A DNA stretch of 64,000 bases. Source: Novosphingobium sp. (lineage in GTDB: Bacteria; Pseudomonadota; Alphaproteobacteria; Sphingomonadales; Sphingomonadaceae). Under the pieces are notes generated by a model, which made no database searches, was not told the origin of the DNA, and was given only the letters and a program-made list of their open reading frames with translations. The translations under genes were made by a program, and so were the position numbers. Shown here one piece after another: positions 1-8,538 of this stretch; positions within the stretch are counted from its first letter, which is position 1, and every line of letters starts with the position of its first letter. The DNA is taken from positions 61,942-125,941 of the forward strand of contig JAZQRJ010000022.1 in the NCBI GenBank assembly GCA_045629505.1, read 5' to 3'.

Positions 1-410
1 GCGATCATGTCACGCAGCTTTTCGGTAGTTCCGACCGGCGATGTCGATTCAAGGATGACCACGTCGCCCTGCTTCATGACCGGCGCGATGGATTTTCCGG
101 CCGCCAGAACAAAGCTGATGTCAGGCTCATGGTCCTTGCCGAAAGGCGTGGGCACGGCAATGACGAACACGTCCGCCGCAACGACTTCGGTCGATGCGCG
201 CAGCAGCCCGCGTGCCACTACGCCTTGCACCAAGCCGTCGAGATCGACTTCCTCGATATGAATCTCACCGCGATTGATCGTATCGACGACCTTTTGAGAA
301 ACGTCCGTGCCGGTTACCCTGCATCCTGCCCGCGCAATGATCGCAGCGGTGGGCAGGCCGATATAGCCAAGGCCGATTACTGAGACATCGGGCTTCAAAT
401 CAGATTTCAT
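1..410 (-). CDS. wecC: UDP-N-acetyl-D-mannosamine dehydrogenase, N-terminal part (runs off the window edge)
   Basis: Manual translation from ATG at 410: MKSDLKPDVSVIGLGYIGLPTAA...ADVFVIAVPTP...VILESTSPVGTTE. Start overlaps the wecB stop. Not in the ORF track because truncated. Confidence 0.92.
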   Translation of the reverse strand, partial: MKSDLKPDVSVIGLGYIGLPTAAIIARAGCRVTGTDVSQKVVDTINRGEIHIEEVDLDGLVQGVVARGLLRASTEVVAADVFVIAVPTPFGKDHEPDISFVLAAGKSIAPVMKQGDVVILESTSPVGTTEKLRDMI

Positions 411-1527
411 TCGCGAGCAGCTCCACAATCCGTCTTGCGGCGGTACCATCTCCAAAGGGATTGTGCGCCCGCGCCATGTTTTCGTACGCCGACTTATCAT
501 CCAGCAGGGTTGAAATTTCGGTAACGATACGGGCCGCATCGGTGCCCACCAGTTTCGCGGTGCCCGCTTCCACGCCTTCGGGCCGTTCTGTCGTCTCCCG
601 CATGACGAGCACCGGCTTGCCCAGCGCGGGCGCTTCTTCCTGCACGCCCCCGCTATCGGTCAACATAATGTCGCACAAGCTGATAAGGTGGGCGAAGTGC
701 GGATAGTCCAATGGCTCTATCATGGCGACACTGGGCAGATCTCCCAGCGCGGCGCTCATCACTTTTCGGACATTGGGGTTGAGGTGGACAGGGAAGATTA
801 CCGCTACGTCATCGCGCGCGGCGATCTGTGCGATGGCGCTGGCGATGTTTTCCATGCCGTCGCCAAAGTTTTCCCGTCGATGGCTGGTCACGCCGATCAC
901 GCGCTTGCCGGCGAACCGCTGCTTCAGCTCGTCCAGCCCGGCCGCGAGCACAGGTTCCGCAGCGATCCGCTGTGATACCCAATGCAGCGCGTCGATCACT
1001 GTGTTGCCGGTGATATGCACACGTGCGGGATCGATATTCTCTGCTTTGAGTGCCGCGGCTGCCGTAGGCGTCGGTGCGAAATGCAATGAGGCCATGGAGC
1101 CGATGATCTTGCGGTTTATCTCTTCGGGCCACGGGTGATAGATATTCCCCGAGCGCAGACCCGCCTCGACATGATCGACCGGGATCTTGCGGTAATAAGC
1201 CGCAAGCGCGCCGCACATTGCGGTCGCCGTGTCGCCCTGCACGATCACGCGATCGGGGCGAACTTCATCCATTACCTTGCCCAACCCGACCAGTAGCCGT
1301 GCTGTCAATTCATCCAGCGATTGGTCCGGCTTCATGACATCAAGATCGTGATCTGGCGAGATGCCTGCGATGTTCAACACCTGATCCAGCATTTGACGAT
1401 GCTGTGCGGACACGCACACAGTGCAGGCAAAGCGCGGATCACCTTTCAGGGCATTGACCACGGGAAACAGTTTGATGGCTTCGGGCCGCGTGCCGAAAAT
1501 CACGAGTATGGAAATCGCTGATGTCAT
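400..1527 (-). CDS. wecB: UDP-N-acetylglucosamine 2-epimerase (non-hydrolysing)
   Basis: FGTRPEAIK, HVEAGLRS, TDSGGVQEEAP, RETTERPE and NPFGDG motifs. Confidence 0.96.
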   Translation of the reverse strand: MTSAISILVIFGTRPEAIKLFPVVNALKGDPRFACTVCVSAQHRQMLDQVLNIAGISPDHDLDVMKPDQSLDELTARLLVGLGKVMDEVRPDRVIVQGDTATAMCGALAAYYRKIPVDHVEAGLRSGNIYHPWPEEINRKIIGSMASLHFAPTPTAAAALKAENIDPARVHITGNTVIDALHWVSQRIAAEPVLAAGLDELKQRFAGKRVIGVTSHRRENFGDGMENIASAIAQIAARDDVAVIFPVHLNPNVRKVMSAALGDLPSVAMIEPLDYPHFAHLISLCDIMLTDSGGVQEEAPALGKPVLVMRETTERPEGVEAGTAKLVGTDAARIVTEISTLLDDKSAYENMARAHNPFGDGTAARRIVELLANEI

Positions 1528-1550
1528 GACCAAACGTCTATCACCGGTTT

Positions 1551-1566
1551 GTTAATCTTGGCATAA
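1551..1566 (-). promoter_or_regulatory. CtrA-box-like site between divergent wecB and the epimerase gene
   Basis: Minus strand reads TTAT-GCCAAGA-TTAAC, one mismatch to TTAA-N7-TTAAC. Confidence 0.4.
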
Positions 1567-1609
1567 GAATGGGATGGCAAGTCGTGTTGACGACATGCGG
1601 GGGGCATAT

Positions 1610-2605
1610 ATGCGAATACTCGTCACCGGAGCTGCCGGATTTATCGGACATGCGCTTTGCCTTCGCCTGTTGGCGCGCGGCGACGTCGTGATCGGCATCG
1701 ACAATCTCAATGATTATTATCAGACCAGTTTGAAGGACGATCGCTTGGCGAGTCTTCGCGAAGCAGGGGGCAATCGCTTCGACTTTCGGAAGGTCGACTT
1801 TTCGGACATGGCCGTGCTGCAGCGTGAGCTTGACGGGCAGGAAATTGATCGGATCGTTCACTTGGGGGCGCAGGCGGGGGTTCGGTATTCAATCGAAAAC
1901 CCCCACGTCTATGCCCAGTCCAATCTGGTCGGCCATCTGAACCTGTTGGAACTGGCGCGTCATCGCCGCGTCAGCCACATGGTCTATGCCAGTTCGTCAT
2001 CAGTGTATGGAGGCAACGCCAAGCTGCCGTTCTCCGTGGATGATCGCGCTGATCACCCGGTTTCGCTCTATGCCGCAACGAAGAAGGCTGACGAGTTGAT
2101 GAGTGAGACTTACGCTCATCTCTATCGGGTGCCGCTGACTGGTTTGCGCTTCTTCACCGTCTATGGCCCGTGGGGCAGGCCGGACATGATGATGTGGAAG
2201 TTCACGGATGCGATCCTGAAGGGCCAGCCCATTCAGGTATACAACCACGGCGACATGTATCGCGATTTCACTTACATTGACGACATCATCGCGGGAGTAA
2301 TTGCCTGTCTGGATAATCCGCCGGCGGACGATGGGCAGGAGAAGGCAGGTGGCAGCGTGAAGCCCCATGCGCTTTATAACATCGGCAACAACCGCTCAGA
2401 ACAGCTGATGAAAGTGATCGGCCTGTTGGAGGACGCGTGCGGCAGCAAGGCGGAACTGGAAATGCTCCCGATGCAGCCGGGAGACGTTCCTAAGACTTTT
2501 GCCGATATTGGCGCGATTAGTCGCGATCTGGGGTACAGCCCTACTACTTCGATCGAGGTGGGCGTGCCTCGCTTTGTAGAATGGTTCCGCGCCTACCATT
2601 CCTGA
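1610..2605 (+). CDS. NAD-dependent nucleotide-sugar epimerase (UDP-glucuronate 4-epimerase-like)
   Basis: LVTGAAGFIG, HLGAQAGVRYS, YAATKKA, LRFFTVYGPWGRPDM, PMQPGDV. Confidence 0.93.
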   Translation: MRILVTGAAGFIGHALCLRLLARGDVVIGIDNLNDYYQTSLKDDRLASLREAGGNRFDFRKVDFSDMAVLQRELDGQEIDRIVHLGAQAGVRYSIENPHVYAQSNLVGHLNLLELARHRRVSHMVYASSSSVYGGNAKLPFSVDDRADHPVSLYAATKKADELMSETYAHLYRVPLTGLRFFTVYGPWGRPDMMMWKFTDAILKGQPIQVYNHGDMYRDFTYIDDIIAGVIACLDNPPADDGQEKAGGSVKPHALYNIGNNRSEQLMKVIGLLEDACGSKAELEMLPMQPGDVPKTFADIGAISRDLGYSPTTSIEVGVPRFVEWFRAYHS

Positions 2606-2622
2606 CAGGCGCGGATATTCGA

Positions 2623-3468
2623 TCAGGGATTGGTACGGCTGCGAAGGCTATTAACGCGCGCTTCGAACCCATCCATGCCGCTGTCGGGGTGCAGCATCCA
2701 GAACTGGCCCTTCTTCACACATTCGAGGCAATAGGCGGCCACATCATCTGGTTCCGTCATCTCGATGCCGCCCATGCGTTCTGCAAGGTCGCTCATCGCC
2801 ACGCCTTTAGGCAGCGGGTTAGCCGGATCGCGATACTCATCGGGACGCGGGGAATCGAGCAAGCTGGTGTTCACCAGCTTGGGGCCGGGAAACAGGATGC
2901 CGACCTTGATGTGCGGGGCTTTTTCCTTGAGCTGCGCATAAAGCACTTCCGTAAGGGATGTGAGCGCGGCCTTGGATGATGAATAGATGGGCGTGTTGGC
3001 CAGCGAATGGAGCGCGCCGTTGCTGGATGTCGTGTTGACCACAACGCCTTCGCGATCCTGCTCTATCATGCGTGGGACAAACGCCTTGATGCCGTGAACC
3101 GGCCCCATAACATGGACGCCGAAGCCCCACTGCCAGTCTTTCATAGGCAGTTCCCAGACGGGGCTACGCATGTCGGCAAGGCCCACGCCGGCGTTGTTGA
3201 ACAGGAGGTCAACGTGGCCGTATTTCGCGAATACCGCGTCGGCCAGCGCCTGCATCGATTCTTCTCTGGTAACGTCTGAGGCGATGCCTTCGACCGAGCC
3301 TGCCGGACCTTCTGCCATCAATTCTGCCGCGGTTTTCGCCAGCTTGTCAGCATTGATGTCGGTAATGACGACCTTTGCGCCTTCGGCAGCAAGCTGCTGC
3401 GCCAGACAACGACCAACCCCGCTGGCGCCGCCGGTTACAACAGCAACCTTGTCCTTGAAATCACGCAC
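2623..3468 (-). CDS. Short-chain dehydrogenase/reductase
   Basis: TGGASGVG, NNAG and YSSSK motifs; GTG start with a GGAGG RBS. Confidence 0.9.
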   Translation of the reverse strand: MRDFKDKVAVVTGGASGVGRCLAQQLAAEGAKVVITDINADKLAKTAAELMAEGPAGSVEGIASDVTREESMQALADAVFAKYGHVDLLFNNAGVGLADMRSPVWELPMKDWQWGFGVHVMGPVHGIKAFVPRMIEQDREGVVVNTTSSNGALHSLANTPIYSSSKAALTSLTEVLYAQLKEKAPHIKVGILFPGPKLVNTSLLDSPRPDEYRDPANPLPKGVAMSDLAERMGGIEMTEPDDVAAYCLECVKKGQFWMLHPDSGMDGFEARVNSLRSRTNP

Positions 3469-3542
3469 TGTTCCAATTCCTCCCCGTGGAGCGGCCCGGC
3501 ATTGTTGCCGAGCCTGCTCTGATATTTGTTATGTCGATGCCG

Positions 3543-4730
3543 TCAGGCAGCCTTGCTGAATTGTGATTTGGGTGGCCCGATCCGTGAAGCAATCGCGTTA
3601 AGAGGCGCGATATCAAGGTCGAAGCATTCAACGGCGTTGAGGCCCAGAACCTTCTCCAGTTCATCGTCCTTGAGGCCGGCGAGCGCTCCCGTCATTTGTT
3701 CTTCGGTATTTGGCCAAGTGCCTTCCGGGTGCGGGTAGTCCGTGCCCCACATCACGCGGTCGACGCCGATGCGGTAATAATCCTCGAGCCGGGCATCGTC
3801 CATTTGTGCCGAGCTGCCTATCCAGACGTTGCGGCGAATATATTCCGTGGGAGTCAGCTTCAGATTGGCAGTATGATCGCCCATCTTGGCGCTGCCTTTC
3901 TTCACCTTGGCACGGAAATCCATCAGTTCCATCATCGATGGCCACCAGAAATCGCCGCCGGCTTCAGTGAACGTCACTTTCAGCTTGGGGAAGCGATCGA
4001 ACACGCCGCCGAAGATCATGGCGAACAGTGGACGGGTGAGCCAGAAGGGATACTCGCAGCAATAAATGCCAACCCAGCCCGGGCTGGTGCGATCATAAGG
4101 TTGCGATCCACCCGAATGGAAACTGACGATCGTGCCGGTTTCCTCCATCGCTGCCCACATGGGGTAATACTTGGGATGATTGTAGTTATCATACCCTTCA
4201 ACGATGTTGGGCAGCTGCAGGCCCTTCAGCCCGTTTTCCTTCGCCCAATGGACTTCCTTCACGTTCTGCTCGACGTCCCACAGCGCGGGCATCAGCCCCA
4301 TGCCCAAGCGACGAACTGGTTCGTCCTGACAGAACTCTGACAGCCAGCGATTGAACGAGCGCGCGCCTGCCCACTGCAATTCGGGATCGGCGTCGAACGG
4401 GCGCATGCCCAGATCCGCACCGAACGGAGGCGAATTGTTCTCGGTAATGCCGTCAGTGAACAGGATTTCGGCTGTGATACCATCGGCATCAAGGACCTTG
4501 TTGCGGGCAACGGGGTCCCATGCGCCATCCAGGCCTTCAGCGTTTTCCGCACGCCACTTGTTGTTGAAATCGCTGATCAGGAATTCATTTTCAGCCTGTG
4601 CGCGCTCAGCGATTTCCTTCGCCAATGCCAGGTCAAACTGTTCGCGATACTGCGGGTCAAGATAATCGCGATAACGCTCCGGCGGCAGGCCAGCATGGCC
4701 ATCCGAAGAAATAACGAGGTAGCGGTCCAT
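3543..4730 (-). CDS. Amidohydrolase_2 family metallo-protein (hydrolase or decarboxylase)
   Basis: ISSDGHAG, FHSGG, FPKLKVTFTEAG, VMWGTDYPHPEGTWP; start set at ATG 4730 after AGAGGA. Confidence 0.88.
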   Translation of the reverse strand: MDRYLVISSDGHAGLPPERYRDYLDPQYREQFDLALAKEIAERAQAENEFLISDFNNKWRAENAEGLDGAWDPVARNKVLDADGITAEILFTDGITENNSPPFGADLGMRPFDADPELQWAGARSFNRWLSEFCQDEPVRRLGMGLMPALWDVEQNVKEVHWAKENGLKGLQLPNIVEGYDNYNHPKYYPMWAAMEETGTIVSFHSGGSQPYDRTSPGWVGIYCCEYPFWLTRPLFAMIFGGVFDRFPKLKVTFTEAGGDFWWPSMMELMDFRAKVKKGSAKMGDHTANLKLTPTEYIRRNVWIGSSAQMDDARLEDYYRIGVDRVMWGTDYPHPEGTWPNTEEQMTGALAGLKDDELEKVLGLNAVECFDLDIAPLNAIASRIGPPKSQFSKAA

Positions 4731-4804
4731 TCCTCTAAACTCCAAACTTCCAGATGTCCGGCGTCGGTCACATGCAGCGCGCGCCAGACATAAGTTGATA
4801 TTGT

Positions 4805-5836
4805 TTACTCGGCGGCCAGCTTTGCGGGCTCGCTATCGTCTGCGTAGAACTGGCTGAACCACTTGCGGTAGCGCAGGATGTCTCCATCGCCATCACACAG
4901 CAGCGGATTGGCGCGGTGGATCTTGTTGTTCCAGATGGGGATGTCGGCGATAACGCCGGTCTGGCCGGAAATACGCTCGCAATATGCGATATATTGCTTT
5001 TCTTTTTCAGAACCGGGCTCTTGCCGGGGATACGTATAGCAGAACCGGATTTCGGTCAGGTTACGCTTTACCGGGGTAAGCAGCACCATCAGCCAGACCT
5101 TCAGGTTGGTTTCCAGCGTTGTGATCTTCTGACCCGCGCCGTTGGCAACCGACCGCACGTGGCTTTCGAAGATTTCCATCTCGCCGTTCTCGTTCATCAC
5201 TTCGAAGCGGCCGTCAGAGCCCGACCGGCGGATATGCCCTTCATAAACGGCCTTGCCTTCGGGAACACCGGGGGTGCCGTGGACGAACTGGAAGTGCGCG
5301 ATGTCCACCGCGTTTTCCGCTTCTTCCTGCGGGCTGGTGTAGGCGATCCATTCTTCGCGGCGATGATCGCTCCATTCGGGCGAAGTAAATTCCGGATAAT
5401 CCACTACGTCGAAAATCGGTGCGAGGTTGAGCGGGTGATACCACGCCCAGATCACGCCCGACGCTTCCTTCACTGGATAGGAGTGAAGCAGCGGTTCACG
5501 CTTGGCGATAGGTGGAAACTTCTTCGCGTAAGGAATCTTCGAGCAGAACCCGTCAGGGCGGAATTCCCAGCCATGGAACGGGCACGCAACCGAATCGCCC
5601 ATTACCTTGCCGCCAACGCCGATGTGTGCGCCAAGGTGCGGGCAGTGGGCATCAAGCATGCCGACGACCCCTGCCTCGTTGCGAAACAGCACCTGCTCAC
5701 GCTCAAAATAGCGGAGGGGCTTTACGTCGCCGGGCTTCAGTTCGTCGGCATAGCCAACGAAATACCAGCCAAAGGGAACGCCCCACGGGAAATCCATGGA
5801 GCGGTCGATCGGGCTATCAGGAAGCTGATTAATCAT
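4805..5836 (-). CDS. Rieske non-heme iron oxygenase, KshA/Neverland-like
   Basis: CPHLGAH...CPFHGW Rieske ligands; ENAVDIAHFQFVH iron motif; DIPIWNNK...PLLCDGDG..RKWFSQFY C-terminus. Real start MINQLP at 5836. Confidence 0.88.
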   Translation of the reverse strand: MINQLPDSPIDRSMDFPWGVPFGWYFVGYADELKPGDVKPLRYFEREQVLFRNEAGVVGMLDAHCPHLGAHIGVGGKVMGDSVACPFHGWEFRPDGFCSKIPYAKKFPPIAKREPLLHSYPVKEASGVIWAWYHPLNLAPIFDVVDYPEFTSPEWSDHRREEWIAYTSPQEEAENAVDIAHFQFVHGTPGVPEGKAVYEGHIRRSGSDGRFEVMNENGEMEIFESHVRSVANGAGQKITTLETNLKVWLMVLLTPVKRNLTEIRFCYTYPRQEPGSEKEKQYIAYCERISGQTGVIADIPIWNNKIHRANPLLCDGDGDILRYRKWFSQFYADDSEPAKLAAE

Positions 5837-6046
5837 GCCTGTCTCTCTCCGTGCTCCGCCGGGCGGAGTCGTTGTTTGTTCGATGATATCACAATCCACT
5901 TTGTAATTAAATGGACTGCTTGTCATCATTTTGTTTGGCTGAATTGGCCGCAAACTTCCACCCACATAGCCTAGCTTGCGATGCAATCGCCTGCAGGTGC
6001 ATGATTTTGGCTTGCCCCGGGGCGGGTGATGCTGAATCAGGCGGGC

Positions 6047-6601
6047 ATGGCAATTCTTAGTGACAAATGGATTCGGCAACAGGCTGTCGAGCATGCAATG
6101 ATCGAACCCTTCGTGGAGTCCCAGCGCCGTGACGGCTGCGTTTCCTACGGGCTGTCGTCCTATGGCTATGACGCGCGCGTGGCGGACGAATTCAAGATCT
6201 TCACCAACGTGGACAGCGCGGTGGTCGATCCCAAGGATTTCGCGGCCAACAGCTTCGTCGATCGCAAGACCGACGTGTGCATCATCCCGCCTAATAGCTT
6301 TGCTCTTGCACGCACCGTGGAATATTTCCGCGTTCCGCGTGACGTGCTGGTGATCTGCCTCGGCAAATCGACTTATGCGCGCTGCGGCATCATCGTGAAC
6401 GTCACGCCGCTGGAACCGGGCTGGGAAGGGCACGTGACGCTGGAGTTTTCCAACACGACGCCGCTGCCGGCCAAGGTCTATGCCAACGAAGGCGCCTGCC
6501 AGTTTCTGTTTCTGCAGGGCAATGAACCGTGCGAAGTCAGCTATGCAGACCGCGCGGGTAAATACATGGGGCAGCGGGGTGTTACGTTGCCCAAGCTTTA
6601 G
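6047..6601 (+). CDS. dcd: dCTP deaminase
   Basis: [49 protein letters not shown]. Confidence 0.96.
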   Translation: MAILSDKWIRQQAVEHAMIEPFVESQRRDGCVSYGLSSYGYDARVADEFKIFTNVDSAVVDPKDFAANSFVDRKTDVCIIPPNSFALARTVEYFRVPRDVLVICLGKSTYARCGIIVNVTPLEPGWEGHVTLEFSNTTPLPAKVYANEGACQFLFLQGNEPCEVSYADRAGKYMGQRGVTLPKL

Positions 6602-6653
6602 GTGCCCAAAATAATGAAGGCCCGAAAAGAGGGCACGGGAAAGGGGATGAGGA

Positions 6654-7124
6654 ATGACGATAGACGATCTGCTCGCGCGCGAGGCTATTCGCGATACGCT
6701 GGCCAAATATAACGCAAGCGGAGACCGGTCGCGGGTTGAAGAATATGCAGCATGTTTCACTCGCGACGGGATCATCGAATCCTCTGATCGCAAAGGTGGA
6801 CAGGGCATTTACTTCGAAGGGCGCGACGCGATCCTGAAGTGGCAGACCGAATGGAAAAGCGCGCCCAAGGGGCAGAATGAGGCTGCGGTGAAGCGCACCG
6901 CGCAGTTCGTGCGGCACAATCTGACGACCTGCAAGATCGATCTCACTGGGCCAGACACTGCCGATGTGCGGACATATTGGATGGTTATCACCGATGTCGG
7001 CCCTGACCACAGCGGCGTTTATGTGGACAAGTTCCGCAAGGAGGACGGGCAATGGCTGATCGCGCACCGCAAGGTCCGCACGGATTGGTTCTCACCCCAT
7101 AGCCACTTTGGTTCTCCGGGCTGA
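6654..7124 (+). CDS. NTF2-like / SnoaL_4 family protein
   Basis: REAIRDTLAKY..GD, CFTRDG, VRHNLT, GVYVDKFRKEDGQWLIAHR. Confidence 0.8.
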   Translation: MTIDDLLAREAIRDTLAKYNASGDRSRVEEYAACFTRDGIIESSDRKGGQGIYFEGRDAILKWQTEWKSAPKGQNEAAVKRTAQFVRHNLTTCKIDLTGPDTADVRTYWMVITDVGPDHSGVYVDKFRKEDGQWLIAHRKVRTDWFSPHSHFGSPG

Positions 7125-7218
7125 CACTCCGGACAGTTCACGCTGCGGTGCAAACCGGATCGAGGGAACAAATGGCTGGTCAAGCTGCTTTACCCTTGGA
7201 TGACAGGGGAGAGAAAGC

Positions 7219-7776
7219 ATGTCCAAGATTGCCGCAATAATCGGGCGTTTCCTGATTGCGTCCATCTTCATTGTCTCAGGCGTCACCAAGTTGATGACGC
7301 TTGGCGCGACCGAGCAAATGATTCAATCGGCAGGGCTGCCGGGCGGTCTGGCGCTACCCGTTGGCCTCTTTGAGCTTGTGCTGGGCATCATGCTGGCAAT
7401 CGGCTTGGCAGTCAGGCTGGTGGCGTTGATATTGTTTGCTTTTACCGCGGCAACCATACTGTTCTTCCACAACCAGTTCGGCGATCCGATGCAGGCCGCA
7501 ATGGCTATGAAGAACCTTGCCATCATGGGTGGCCTGTTGCTGGCTTTTGCGCACAGCCAAATGTGGTCCCACTATTATGCGATGAATAGGGAGCGCACCG
7601 GTGAACTCGCCGCTCGGGATGCGGAACGTCGGGCGCATGAAGCCGAATTGCGGGCTGCGCGGGCAGAAGCGTTGGCAGAAGGCCGCGCGGAAGCTACTGT
7701 TGCTGCAGATCCGTACCATGATAGCTACCATGAGGCGGTTGTTGTCGCAGAAAAACGCCGCTGGTTTGATTGGTAA
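7219..7776 (+). CDS. DoxX family membrane protein with charged C-terminal extension
   Basis: GRFLIASIFIVSGVTK, FELVLG, FFHNQF, MKNLAIMGGLL. Confidence 0.85.
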   Translation: MSKIAAIIGRFLIASIFIVSGVTKLMTLGATEQMIQSAGLPGGLALPVGLFELVLGIMLAIGLAVRLVALILFAFTAATILFFHNQFGDPMQAAMAMKNLAIMGGLLLAFAHSQMWSHYYAMNRERTGELAARDAERRAHEAELRAARAEALAEGRAEATVAADPYHDSYHEAVVVAEKRRWFDW

Positions 7777-7794
7777 AGAGTCAGTAATCGCTGC

Positions 7795-7824
7795 TTGACC
7801 TGATTAATGCATCTGCCTTATTTT
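7795..7824 (+). promoter_or_regulatory. Putative sigma70 promoter for tetR-sulfatase
   Basis: TTGACC-N18-TATTTT; AT-rich near-palindromic spacer GATTAATGCATC. Confidence 0.45.
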
Positions 7825-7855
7825 ATGCCAGTCGCATGGAGCGGCCGGAGGATAT

Positions 7856-8509
7856 TTGCAGGTGTCGCTGGATGGGCGAAAGCGAAGTGATGCGCGTGGC
7901 GAAGCAACGCGCACCGCTCTGATCGAAGCGGCAGAATCGCTGTTTGCCGAGTCAGGAGTGGAGGCCGTATCAACCCGGCAGATTGGGGCGGCCATCGGTT
8001 CTTCCAATACCAACGTCGTTGCTTATCATTTCGGCAGCAAGCATGCCCTGATCCTCGAAGTATATCGGCATCGCCTGCCAGCAATTGATCGACGTCGTCG
8101 TGAATTGCTGGACCGCGCCGATGCGCAAGGCAGGGGACGGGATCTGGTAGAACTGATCCGCGTGTTCTGGCGTCCGCTGTTTGAACAGACGGACGGTATG
8201 GGCCGCCATAGCTATGCGCGATTTCTGGCGGGGCTGGAACGATCCGGCCTGATCGAAACGCGTCAGCAAGTTAACTCCGAATTCCCGGAAACTGATCGGC
8301 TGACTGCCCGGCTTGTAGAAGTGCTGCCCGCTGAGGTGCGGCCGTGGCTGCGCAATCGTATGCGGTTGACGACACGCCTCGTCTGCGGGGCATTGCTGCA
8401 AATTGATCGAAGCACGGACGTTTCCTGGCAGGAATGTGAGGCAATGTTTGAAGATGCGATTTTAATGGCGGCGGCGGCAATATCCACGCCGCCCGCTAAA
8501 CAGACCTGA
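7856..8509 (+). CDS. TetR family transcriptional regulator
   Basis: ATRTALIEAAESLFAESG..VSTRQI...VVAYHFGSK HTH; TTG start after GGAGGA. Confidence 0.9.
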   Translation: MQVSLDGRKRSDARGEATRTALIEAAESLFAESGVEAVSTRQIGAAIGSSNTNVVAYHFGSKHALILEVYRHRLPAIDRRRRELLDRADAQGRGRDLVELIRVFWRPLFEQTDGMGRHSYARFLAGLERSGLIETRQQVNSEFPETDRLTARLVEVLPAEVRPWLRNRMRLTTRLVCGALLQIDRSTDVSWQECEAMFEDAILMAAAAISTPPAKQT

Positions 8510-8538
8510 AACAATAATAACTTTGGGGGAGAATAACG

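Noticed and set aside
5837-6808. N-terminal 324 aa of the 667-aa ORF 4805..6808
   Set aside because: It is the antisense shadow of dcd and the NTF2 gene; Rieske homology begins at ATG 5836, which has its own RBS
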